Assembly (NCBI GenBank): GCA_018241405.1
Contig: JAFEDY010000032.1
Location: forward strand, 5,725 to 69,724
Source: Pseudomonadota bacterium
GTDB lineage: Bacteria > Pseudomonadota > Gammaproteobacteria > Burkholderiales > Burkholderiaceae_C
Reading direction: 5' to 3'
Length of the DNA stretch: 64,000 nt
Position numbers and translations under genes: made by a program
Shown here: positions 31,858 through 39,879 of the stretch, piece by piece
How the letters are laid out: each line of letters starts with the position of its first letter
How positions within the stretch are numbered: position 1 is the stretch's first letter
Notes under the pieces: model-generated
Told to the model about the DNA's origin: nothing
Databases searched by the model: none
What the model saw: the letters and a program-made list of their open reading frames with translations, nothing else

Positions 31858-32553
31858 TCAGAAGGTGTAGCCGGCGTTGATCGTCAGGACCACCGGGTGG
31901 AAGCGGATGTCGATCTCGCGCTGCACGCCGGACGTCTGGGTCGTGAGCCGGCTCTTGACGCGGGCCGTCGCGACGGCGCCGGTAATCGACCAGCGCTCGT
32001 TGATGCGGTAGCTCAGACCCACCTGGCCCGCCAGGCCCCAGGAGTCGGAGAGGCGGATGTCCGTAGGCCCGCCGTTGAGCGCATTGTTCGCGGCCGTGGA
32101 GGTGCGCTTGTCGAAGTTGGTGTAGTTGATGCCAAGACCCACGAAGGGGCGCCACTGGCTGCTTGCCTCGCCGAACTTGTAGTTCAAGAACAGCGTGGGC
32201 GCGACCTGGCGCACCTCGGCCACCTTCTGACCATTGAAGGCCGCGATATGCGGCGGCAGCCACGGGGCGATCTTGGCGTTCACGTTGTGGGTGGGCGGGT
32301 AGCCCAGCGCAAGCTCCAGCTCCATGTTCGGATGGAAGCCATAGGCCACGGAGAGGAACAGCGTGGACTGGTTCTTCACGTCGATGCTGATGCCCGAGGG
32401 CGGCCCCGGCAACATGGGGCCGACGGCATCGGTGGCCGAGGAATGCGGTGCGATGTGGGTCAGGCCACCGCGCACGGTCCACTGGGCGGATGCGGCCGTG
32501 CACAGCGCCAGCAGCAGGGCGCCGGTGAGGGCTTGGGGAATGAAGCGGGTCAT
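31858..32553 (-). CDS. ompW: OmpW-family outer membrane protein
   Basis: Start MTRFIPQALTGALLLALCTAASAQWTVRGG; C-terminal ...LTINAGYTF; 8-strand beta-barrel pattern. Confidence 0.85.
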   Translation of the reverse strand: MTRFIPQALTGALLLALCTAASAQWTVRGGLTHIAPHSSATDAVGPMLPGPPSGISIDVKNQSTLFLSVAYGFHPNMELELALGYPPTHNVNAKIAPWLPPHIAAFNGQKVAEVRQVAPTLFLNYKFGEASSQWRPFVGLGINYTNFDKRTSTAANNALNGGPTDIRLSDSWGLAGQVGLSYRINERWSITGAVATARVKSRLTTQTSGVQREIDIRFHPVVLTINAGYTF

Positions 32554-32579
32554 GGTGTGAATACTCCTTGCAATGGCGT

Positions 32580-34139
32580 TCAACCGCCCGACGCCAGCAC
32601 CTGCTGGAAGAATGCGCGCGCCGCCACGTTGCAGAACGGCGGCACCAGCGTGCCGTGGTAGGCCTGCACCACGGCATTGGCGCCGCCTTGTGCGGCCACG
32701 CCGGCCTTGGCCTGGGCGAAGCCGGCCTTGACGGCGGCGAACGGATCGGCCGCGCCACCGCTGGCCGAATCCACATCGAGCACCGTGAGCAGGCCAGCCG
32801 GCAGCGCCAGCGGCGAGGGCGCAGACCACAGGCCCTGCATCAGCTGGGTGTTGACGCCGTAGAACACCGTGGGGTCTGCATTGCCGCCGCACAGCAGCAC
32901 GGGCCGCTGGGGTGCCCAGTTGCGCAGGTCATTGGCCTTGAAGGCCTGGCGCATCGGGTTCTGAGGGGCCACGGCCTGGGCGCCGGTGGTGACGCTGGGC
33001 ACGGCACCGTCGGGGTTGGCGATGGCGTCCTGCAGGTAGGCCAGGCGCGTGCTGTTCTTGAGCAGGTTGTTGCTGCCAAAGCCCAGTGCGAACAATGGCG
33101 CCAGCGCGGGCGGCTGGGTCGGCGGCGTGATGCCGGCGAATGCTGGCGCGGGCGCGGTGCTGCTGAACAGCGCCGTCTGCGGCAGCTTGCCCTGGGCAAA
33201 CAGCTGGTTGATGGGCGTGGTGGACGGCAGCAGGGTCTCGATGCCGGCGGCATAGGCGGCCTCGAAGATGTCCGAGGGCTGACTGTAGATGTTGCCGTAG
33301 GCCTTCTGGTAGCTGGTGGCCAGCAGCGGCGTGAACACGGTGGAGCCCAGGTTCACATTGCCGTAGTACACGGCATCACCGAACGCGCCCATGGCATAGG
33401 GGCCGGACATGGGAGCCGACGCCGTCACGGGCACTTTGGCGGCCTGCAGCGCACGATGCGTGGCCATGGCCACATGGCCACCCTGCGAGTAGCCGGTGAT
33501 GAGCAGCTTGCCGCCGTCCTGGCCGCTGATACGGGGCAGTGCCTTGCGCGCGGCGGCGAGCGCGTCGATCATTTCCTTGGACTGCTGATCGGCGTTCAGG
33601 TAGGGGTGGTAGCCGAGTTTGGAGACGTCGTAGCCCGCGTAATTGGGTGCCACCACGATGAAGCCCTGGGCCGCATACATGGCGGCCAGCAGCGAGCCCT
33701 CGGAGGCGCCGGGGCGGCTGGGCTCGGTGATGTCGGCGATGTTGTAGGCGCGGTCGGTAGTCGTGCCGTGCGCGTACAGCACCACCGGGCGCGGGCCGCT
33801 GCAGCCGGGTGCGTCGCCCGCAGGCACCATGAGCGCCCCCGAGGCATTGGTCTTCTCGCCCGCGCCGCCCACCGTGCCGTACTCGATGTAATGGATGTTC
33901 ACGCCGCACTTGGGCGCGCCCGCCAGGGCCAGCAGGCTCTGGCCGCTGGGGTTGGCCGCCAGCCGGTCCTTGAACTCGGCTGCCGACAGCGCCGTCACGC
34001 GCAGCGGCGGGTTGTACATCAGGGAGCCCCGCGCCCCGCTGAGATCGGTGTCGGTGGTGCCGCCCGTATCCGAGCCACCGCCGCAGGCCGCCAGCATTGC
34101 CGCGGCGCCGGCCATGGCCAGTCCAGTCCATTTGTTCAT
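32580..34139 (-). CDS. secreted alpha/beta-hydrolase lipoprotein (lipase/esterase-like)
   Basis: Start MNKWTGLAMAGAAAMLAACGG (lipobox); nucleophile elbow GYSQGG; about 519 aa. Confidence 0.7.
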   Translation of the reverse strand: MNKWTGLAMAGAAAMLAACGGGSDTGGTTDTDLSGARGSLMYNPPLRVTALSAAEFKDRLAANPSGQSLLALAGAPKCGVNIHYIEYGTVGGAGEKTNASGALMVPAGDAPGCSGPRPVVLYAHGTTTDRAYNIADITEPSRPGASEGSLLAAMYAAQGFIVVAPNYAGYDVSKLGYHPYLNADQQSKEMIDALAAARKALPRISGQDGGKLLITGYSQGGHVAMATHRALQAAKVPVTASAPMSGPYAMGAFGDAVYYGNVNLGSTVFTPLLATSYQKAYGNIYSQPSDIFEAAYAAGIETLLPSTTPINQLFAQGKLPQTALFSSTAPAPAFAGITPPTQPPALAPLFALGFGSNNLLKNSTRLAYLQDAIANPDGAVPSVTTGAQAVAPQNPMRQAFKANDLRNWAPQRPVLLCGGNADPTVFYGVNTQLMQGLWSAPSPLALPAGLLTVLDVDSASGGAADPFAAVKAGFAQAKAGVAAQGGANAVVQAYHGTLVPPFCNVAARAFFQQVLASGG

Positions 34140-34245
34140 CGCAGATCTCCCGTCATGAATAGAACGCTCGTTCGTTTTTACCGAGCGCGATATTACCTGC
34201 CACCCCCACCGGCCACCGCCCGGGAAACTACCAATACAAGCCCGG

Positions 34246-35748
34246 TCAATGACCTGCATCACGCGCCGCCCAGTCCACCAGAGCGTCAAGCGCAGGCCGC
34301 GCCGCCGCCGCATTCGGGTGGTTGACCATGGCCACCAGCACGTAGCGGCGGCCGCTGGCGCCCAGCACATAGCCGGCCATGGCCGCTACGTCGCGCAGGC
34401 TGCCGGTCTTCAGGTGGGCGGCACCCGCGGCCAGGCCCGGCCGGCGGCGCAGTGTGCCGTCCACGCCCCAGACCGGCAGCGAGGCGACGAACTCCGGCAT
34501 CACGGGCGCGGCCCAGGCCTGCTGCAGCATGCGGGCCAACGCGCGGGCGCTGATGCGCGCCTCGCGGCTCAGGCCGGCGCCGTTGTCCACCGCCGGCATC
34601 TCGGTGTCGCCCAGGCGCCGGCGCCACCACAGCGCGAGCACGCCGCGCGCCGCCTCGAAGCTCCCTTGACCGCCTTGCCGCAGGCCCAGCGTCAGCAACA
34701 GCTGCTGGGTCATGACGTTGTTGCTATGTTTGTTGATGTCGCGGACCACCTCGGCCAACGGCGGCGAGCGGCCGCTGAACGCCGGCTCCAGACCCGCAGG
34801 CACCTGGCCGTCGCGCACGCGGCCCGTGAGCTGGCCGCCGACCTCGCGCCACATGCCGGCCACGGCGCGCGCGGCATAGCCGCCCGGATCGGCCGGCGCC
34901 ACGGACCATTCGCGTGCGCCGCAGGCTGGTGGATATACGCCACCAAAGGCGATACGCCCGGCCTCGGCAAATTCGGCGCGCAGGGCCGCGCGCCAGTCGC
35001 CGCAGGCCGCACCCGCGGGCGCCAGGGGCACGCTGGCGGGCAGGTCCACCCCGGCCAGCGGTGGCAGGTAGCGCACGCGCGCCACACCGGCGGCGGTGTC
35101 GGGCCGGAAGTCCATGGCGACGGCCTTGAAATTGAGCAGCAGCGCGTCGGGTGCAACGTTGTAGGGGCGCCACGGTTCGCCGTCGAATTCGGCCGGGTCA
35201 TGCGCCGGCAGCTCAAACGCGCTGCGGTCGAGCACGATGTCACCATCGATCTGCGTGACGCCTGCCGCACGCAGGCGCTGCATGAGCAGCCACAGCCGCT
35301 CCACCACCAGCGTCGGATCGCCCTGGCCCTGGATGTAGACATTGCCGCGCAGGCGACCGTCCCGCTGTGGAGCGTCCAGGTACACCGGTGTGTCCCAGGT
35401 GAAGGCCGGCCCCAGCAGGTCCAGCGCCGCAAAGGTGGTCACGAGCTTCATGACCGAGGCCGGGTTGAGGGCCTTGTCGACCTGGTAGGCCAGGCGCGCC
35501 GGCGCACGCCCGGCAACATCCACCAGCATGGCCGACAGGGCCCCAGGCGGCAGGCCGGCGCGCTGCAGCGCGGCATCGACGGAGGGAGGCAGGGCGCCGG
35601 CATCGGCCGCTGGGACCGCGGGCGCCGCGGCACAGGCGGCAACGGCGATGCCGGCCATGCCGGCACAGGCAACGCGGCGCAGCTGGCGCCATACATGCGC
35701 AAGGGACAAGGGCAGCATGGCGGCACAGTCTATCGCGCTCACCGCCAT
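34246..35748 (-). CDS. dacB: D-alanyl-D-alanine carboxypeptidase/endopeptidase (PBP4 family)
   Basis: 500 aa ORF; the start could instead be the internal Met at 35718. Motifs SVMK (PASVMKLVT), SNN-like HSNN and KTGS (HLKTGSL). Confidence 0.85.
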   Translation of the reverse strand: MAVSAIDCAAMLPLSLAHVWRQLRRVACAGMAGIAVAACAAAPAVPAADAGALPPSVDAALQRAGLPPGALSAMLVDVAGRAPARLAYQVDKALNPASVMKLVTTFAALDLLGPAFTWDTPVYLDAPQRDGRLRGNVYIQGQGDPTLVVERLWLLMQRLRAAGVTQIDGDIVLDRSAFELPAHDPAEFDGEPWRPYNVAPDALLLNFKAVAMDFRPDTAAGVARVRYLPPLAGVDLPASVPLAPAGAACGDWRAALRAEFAEAGRIAFGGVYPPACGAREWSVAPADPGGYAARAVAGMWREVGGQLTGRVRDGQVPAGLEPAFSGRSPPLAEVVRDINKHSNNVMTQQLLLTLGLRQGGQGSFEAARGVLALWWRRRLGDTEMPAVDNGAGLSREARISARALARMLQQAWAAPVMPEFVASLPVWGVDGTLRRRPGLAAGAAHLKTGSLRDVAAMAGYVLGASGRRYVLVAMVNHPNAAAARPALDALVDWAARDAGH

Positions 35749-35774
35749 GGCCTGGCCCGATAATCGGGCCCTTC

Positions 35775-36503
35775 ATGAACCTGCTCGCCTTCGACACCAG
35801 CACCGACACCCTGTCCATCGCAGTGCAGCATGGCGCACATGTGTGCACGCACCAAGGCCCGGGCGGGGCACAGGCATCGACCACGCTGATACCCGCCCTG
35901 CGCGCGCTGCTGGCCGAGGCCGGGCTCACGTTTGCGCAGCTCGACGCCGTGGTCTTTGGCCGCGGGCCGGGCTCGTTCACTGGGCTGCGCACGGCCTGCT
36001 CGGTGGCCCAGGGCCTGGCGTTTGGCGCGCGCGGCGGTCAGGGCGTGCCCGTGCTGCCCGTGGACACGCTGCTGGCCGTGGCCGAGGAGGCGCGCGCCAC
36101 CCATGGCTGCACGCGCGTGGTGGCCACGCTGGACGCGCGCATGGATGAGGTCTACACGGCGCCCTTTGAATGGCTGCCCGATGCGGCGGCGCCTGCGGGC
36201 GGGTCTTGGCGCGCGCCGCAGGACTTCGGCCTGTGCGCCCCCGAGGCCGTGGCCGTGCCCGCGGGCTGGACCCTGGCCGGCAACGCCCGGACGGCCTATG
36301 GCGCGCGCCTGGCGCCCGGCGCGCCCCAGGTGCCGTGCCTGCCCACGGCCGCGGCCCTGCTGCGCCTGGCGCCCGCCCTGCTGGCGGCCGGCGCCGCCGT
36401 ACCGGCCGACGCCGCCCTGCCGCGCTACATACGCGACAAGGTGGCGCAAACCACCGCCGAGCGCGAGGCCGCGCGCCTGGCCGCCCAGGCGGCTCGGCCA
36501 TGA
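35775..36503 (+). CDS. tsaB: tRNA t6A biosynthesis protein TsaB (YeaZ)
   Basis: 242 aa; MNLLAFDTSTDTLSIAV...GRGPGSFTGLR. Confidence 0.9.
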   Translation: MNLLAFDTSTDTLSIAVQHGAHVCTHQGPGGAQASTTLIPALRALLAEAGLTFAQLDAVVFGRGPGSFTGLRTACSVAQGLAFGARGGQGVPVLPVDTLLAVAEEARATHGCTRVVATLDARMDEVYTAPFEWLPDAAAPAGGSWRAPQDFGLCAPEAVAVPAGWTLAGNARTAYGARLAPGAPQVPCLPTAAALLRLAPALLAAGAAVPADAALPRYIRDKVAQTTAEREAARLAAQAARP

Positions 36504-36976
36504 GCGCCATGGCCCCGCCTTCGGCCGCTACCGAGGCCCGCTTCGAGGCGCTTACGCCCGCGCACCTGGACGCGCTCATGCCCATTGAGCAAAGCGCCTA
36601 CAGCCACCCCTGGACGCGCGGCAATTTCATTGATGCGCTGGCCACCGGCTACCAGGCCCAGCTGCTCATGGCGGGCACTCAGATCCTGGGCTACTTTGTC
36701 GCCATGCCGGGCGTGGAGGAGGCGCATCTGCTCAACATCACGGTGGCGCCGGCCTACCAGCGCCAGGGCTGGGCCCATGTGATGCTCGACGCCCTGGCCC
36801 TGTGGGCGCGCGGCCGGGGCGCGCAATGGTTGTGGCTGGAGGTGCGCGCCAGCAACGCGCGCGCCCAGCATGTCTACGAAACCCATGGCTATCGCCGCGT
36901 GGGCCTGCGCAAGCGCTACTACCCCGGCGCGGGCGACCAGCGCGAGGATGCCGTGGTCATGAGTCTGCCGCTATGA
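36500..36976 (+). CDS. rimI: ribosomal-protein-alanine N-acetyltransferase
   Basis: Start at 36500 (ATGA overlap with the tsaB stop). GNAT core NITVAPAYQRQGWAHVML...LEVRASNARAQHVYETHGY. Confidence 0.88.
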   Translation: MSAMAPPSAATEARFEALTPAHLDALMPIEQSAYSHPWTRGNFIDALATGYQAQLLMAGTQILGYFVAMPGVEEAHLLNITVAPAYQRQGWAHVMLDALALWARGRGAQWLWLEVRASNARAQHVYETHGYRRVGLRKRYYPGAGDQREDAVVMSLPL

Positions 36977-37722
36977 GTCTGGACCTCGACGCGCGCCAAC
37001 GCGCCATGCTGCAGGAGATGGGTGTCACCGTCTGGGCGGCGCCGCAGGCACTGCCTGCGCCCGCACCTGCGCCCGCACCTGCGGCCCCGCAGCGTCCCGC
37101 GGCGCGTGCCGAGGCACCGGAACCCGCGGCCACGAGCGCAGCAAGTCCCGTGCGGCGCACCGCGCCGGCGCCCGAGGCGCGGACGGCCCCGGTGGCGACC
37201 GGCGTGTCGGCGGGCGGCCTGCTGCTGGGCACTCCCCAGGCCCTGTACCCGCTGGCCGATCCGGCAGCCACGCCGCCGGAGCTGGGTGCGGCTTGGCTGA
37301 TCGTTCTGGAAAGCCCCACGCCGGACCAGCCCCTGGCCGGCGATGTCGGCCGGCTGCTGGACAACATGCTGCGCGCCATGCGCCTGCACCGGCATCCGCG
37401 CGCCTTCGTGACCACATTGACGCGCCCCGCGGTCGGCCTGCCGGCCGAGGGCGTGGAGCCCGCCGCCGGCCTGCAGCAGGCGCTGGCGGCGCTGCGCCCG
37501 GCCATGGTGCTGCTGCTGGGACTGGCGCCCGCACGCGCCCTGCTGGGCAGCCGCGAGCCGCTGGGGCGCCTGCGCGCGGGCGCGCACCGGCTGGCCGACG
37601 GCACGCCGGCCGTGGTCAGCTACGACCCGGCCTACCTGCTGCGCGCCCCCGAGGCCAAGGCCGCCGCCTGGGCCGACCTGTGCCACGCACTGACCCTGGC
37701 TCGCCAGGCGGCCTCGGGCTGA
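36973..37722 (+). CDS. uracil-DNA glycosylase superfamily protein with non-canonical motifs
   Basis: Start at 36973 (ATGA overlap with the rimI stop). UDG family-4-like scaffold (PLAGDVGRLLDNML; SYDPAYLLRAPEAK), but GE(A/G)PG is LESPT and the motif-B His is Asp. The N-terminal region is Pro/Ala-rich. Confidence 0.65.
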   Translation: MSLDLDARQRAMLQEMGVTVWAAPQALPAPAPAPAPAAPQRPAARAEAPEPAATSAASPVRRTAPAPEARTAPVATGVSAGGLLLGTPQALYPLADPAATPPELGAAWLIVLESPTPDQPLAGDVGRLLDNMLRAMRLHRHPRAFVTTLTRPAVGLPAEGVEPAAGLQQALAALRPAMVLLLGLAPARALLGSREPLGRLRAGAHRLADGTPAVVSYDPAYLLRAPEAKAAAWADLCHALTLARQAASG

Positions 37723-37787
37723 ACCTTCGCGCCGATAGCGGTCAAATGCGATAATTGCGGGTTTGCACACACCGGACATCGAACCAT

Positions 37788-37883
37788 GGAAAGCTACCCC
37801 AGTTGGTAGCTTTCAGCCTCCCGGACTGCCGAGGGGCTGAAAGCACCCCACACCCTCGCCGTCAGTAGAAAAACAACCGGGAG
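37788..37883 (+). promoter_or_regulatory. corA 5-prime leader with mutually exclusive hairpins and an anti-SD segment
   Basis: GAAAGCTACC (37789-98) pairs with GGTAGCTTTC (37805-14). GCTTTCAGCC (37809-18) pairs with GGCTGAAAGC (37835-44). CTCCCGG (37818-24) is complementary to CCGGGAG (37877-83), which covers the SD. Confidence 0.4.
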
Positions 37884-37889
37884 TGAGCC

Positions 37890-38876
37890 ATGCTCAACAT
37901 CTTTTCGCTCGCCAATGGGCGGCTGGTCCAGGAAGAAGTCGAGTCCCTGGAAGACCTGCCGCGCTTCCAGCCCATCTGGGTAGACCTGGAATCGCCCACG
38001 GTGCTGGAGAAACGCTGGGTCAAGCAGCACTACGGCCTGTCCATCCCCGAAGACGTGATGGACGAGGACATCGAGGAGTCGGCGCGCTTCTACGAGGAAG
38101 ACAACGGCGAGCTGCACATCCGCAGCGACTTTCTGGTGGACGATGAGGAAGAGCCGCGCTCGGTGCGCGTGGCCTTCATCCTGAACCAGCACAACACCGA
38201 GCTCAAGAGCTGCGGCGTGCTGTTCTCCATCCACGACGAGGACATTCCCGTGTTCCGCCTGCTGCGCATGCGTGCGCGCCGCGCGCCGGGGCTGATCGAG
38301 GATGCCAAGGAGGTGCTGCTATCGCTGTTCGACACCGACGTGGAATATTCGGCCGACACGCTGGAGGGCATCTACGACGACCTGAAGAAGGTCAGCACCC
38401 AGGTGCTCGAAGGCCACATGACCGACGACCACGCCCAGCGCGTGCTGGCCGGCATCGCCTGGCAGGAGGACCTCAACGGCCGCATACGCCGCAACATGCT
38501 CGACACGCGCCGCGCCGTGAGCTTCATGATGCGCAGCAAGATGCTCAACGCCGGGCAGTTCGAGGACGCACGCCAGATCCTGCGCGACATCGAGTCGCTG
38601 GACAGCCACACGCAGTTCCTGTTCGACAAGATCAACTTCCTGATGGATGCCACGGTCGGTTTCCTGAACATCAACCAGAACAAGATCATCAAGATCTTCT
38701 CGGTGGCCAGCGTGGCCCTGCTGCCTCCGACGCTGATCGCCAGCGTCTACGGCATGAACTTCCGCGCCATGCCCGAGCTGGAATGGGAGCATGGCTACAT
38801 CTACGCCCTCGTGCTCATGATCGCCAGCGCGGTGGTGCCCATGCTGTACTTCCGCAAGCGCGGCTGGTTGAAGTAG
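37890..38876 (+). CDS. corA: magnesium/cobalt transporter CorA
   Basis: 328 aa; YGMNF signature (IASVYGMNFRAMPELEW); acidic N-domain. Confidence 0.93.
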   Translation: MLNIFSLANGRLVQEEVESLEDLPRFQPIWVDLESPTVLEKRWVKQHYGLSIPEDVMDEDIEESARFYEEDNGELHIRSDFLVDDEEEPRSVRVAFILNQHNTELKSCGVLFSIHDEDIPVFRLLRMRARRAPGLIEDAKEVLLSLFDTDVEYSADTLEGIYDDLKKVSTQVLEGHMTDDHAQRVLAGIAWQEDLNGRIRRNMLDTRRAVSFMMRSKMLNAGQFEDARQILRDIESLDSHTQFLFDKINFLMDATVGFLNINQNKIIKIFSVASVALLPPTLIASVYGMNFRAMPELEWEHGYIYALVLMIASAVVPMLYFRKRGWLK

Positions 38877-38906
38877 AGATCAACCCCCTGTGCGGCTTAC
38901 GCCGCT

Positions 38907-38942
38907 TCCCCCTTCTCTCCGGCTATCGCCGGGGAAGGGGGA
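38907..38942 (+). terminator. GC-rich hairpin after corA (no U-tract)
   Basis: TCCCCCTTC...(inner CCGG-ctatcg-CCGG)...GAAGGGGGA; 9-bp outer stem. Confidence 0.35.
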
Positions 38943-39002
38943 CGACGCCAGCGCGACGGGGCGGCCCTTGCGCGGCGTCTGCTCGCGGGAGGCGCGCCAG
39001 TT

Positions 39003-39058
39003 CTAGCCGAATTTGGCCATAGCGCATACTACACAAGCGCTAGAAGCTATTATTTCGA
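39003..39058 (-). repeat. repeat copy J, overlapping the mtnN stop codon
   Basis: The reverse complement reads cgaaaTAATAGCTTCTAGCGCTTGTgtagTATGCGCTATGGCCaaattcggc. Confidence 0.75.
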
Positions 39059-39817
39059 TAGCGTTTTCAGCAAGCCATGCACGATGCCGTCGGCGTAGCG
39101 GCTGGCGACATGGGTGACGAAATGGGGGAAGTCCACATGCGCGCTGTCGTCGGCGCGGTCGGAGATGGTGCGCACGGCGGCAAACGGCAGGCCATAGTCG
39201 TGGCAGACCTGGGCCACGGCCGCGCCCTCCATCTCCACGGCCAGCGCCGCATGGCCGGCCGCGGCCAGGGCCTGGCGCAGCGCGCCGGATTCGCCCGAGG
39301 TGGAGACGAAACGGTCGCCGCTGACGATCAGCCCCTGGTGCGCGCATGCCGCATGCCGATGGGCAACGCCGCCGTCTTTTGCATCAAAATGGCCTCCAAC
39401 GCCCGCCAAATAAGCGCTGGCAGCTTCAAACAGCATAGTAGACAAGCCTTGATCGCAGGGCATGCGAGCGCGTCCATAGCCGGGCAGCTCCCAACGCGGG
39501 AACAGGGGCGAGGCATCCATGTCGTGCTGCAGAAAGTCCTGCGCCACCACCACGTCGCCCACCTGCACGCCCTCGCCCAGGCCCCCGGCCACGCCCGTGA
39601 ACACCATGCGCGCCACTGCGAAGCGCGAGGCCAGCACCGTGGCCGTGGTGGCCGCCGCCACCTTGCCTATACCCGACAGCGCCAGCACCACGGGCTGCCC
39701 GTACAGCGCGCCGCGCCAGAAGCTGCGGCCCGCGTGCGCGATGCATTCGGGCCGGTGCAGCGCGTGCATGAGGCTGCCTTGCTCTTCGGGCAGGGCGCTG
39801 AGGATGGCGGTGATCAT
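39050..39817 (-). CDS. mtnN: 5-prime-methylthioadenosine/S-adenosylhomocysteine nucleosidase
   Basis: Start MITAILSALPEEQG inside ORF 39050..40516; contains GIGKVAAA, VEMEGAAVAQVC and RTISDRAD. Repeat copy K lies inside it, and copy J overlaps its stop codon. Confidence 0.85.
   Translation of the reverse strand: MITAILSALPEEQGSLMHALHRPECIAHAGRSFWRGALYGQPVVLALSGIGKVAAATTATVLASRFAVARMVFTGVAGGLGEGVQVGDVVVAQDFLQHDMDASPLFPRWELPGYGRARMPCDQGLSTMLFEAASAYLAGVGGHFDAKDGGVAHRHAACAHQGLIVSGDRFVSTSGESGALRQALAAAGHAALAVEMEGAAVAQVCHDYGLPFAAVRTISDRADDSAHVDFPHFVTHVASRYADGIVHGLLKTLSK
39376..39432 (-). repeat. repeat copy K, inside the mtnN ORF
   Basis: The reverse complement reads tttGAAGCTGCCAGCGCTTATttggCGGGCGTTGGAGGCCattttgatgcaaaag. 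Confidence 0.75.
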
Positions 39818-39833
39818 GGGCGACTCAGGGCGT

Positions 39834-39857
39834 AAAAAAGCCGGGATTATCCCGGCT
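39834..39857 (-). terminator. rho-independent terminator after fadD
   Basis: Minus strand reads AGCCGGG-ataat-CCCGGCT followed by TTTTTT. Confidence 0.7.
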
Positions 39858-39879
39858 GAGAAATGGTGCAGGGCACGGC

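Noticed and set aside
37046-37090. Tandem GCGCCCGCACCT repeats (PAPAPAPA) as a possible CRISPR or VNTR array.
   Set aside because: There are only two units, inside an ORF, and they encode a Pro/Ala linker. There is no spacer/repeat architecture.
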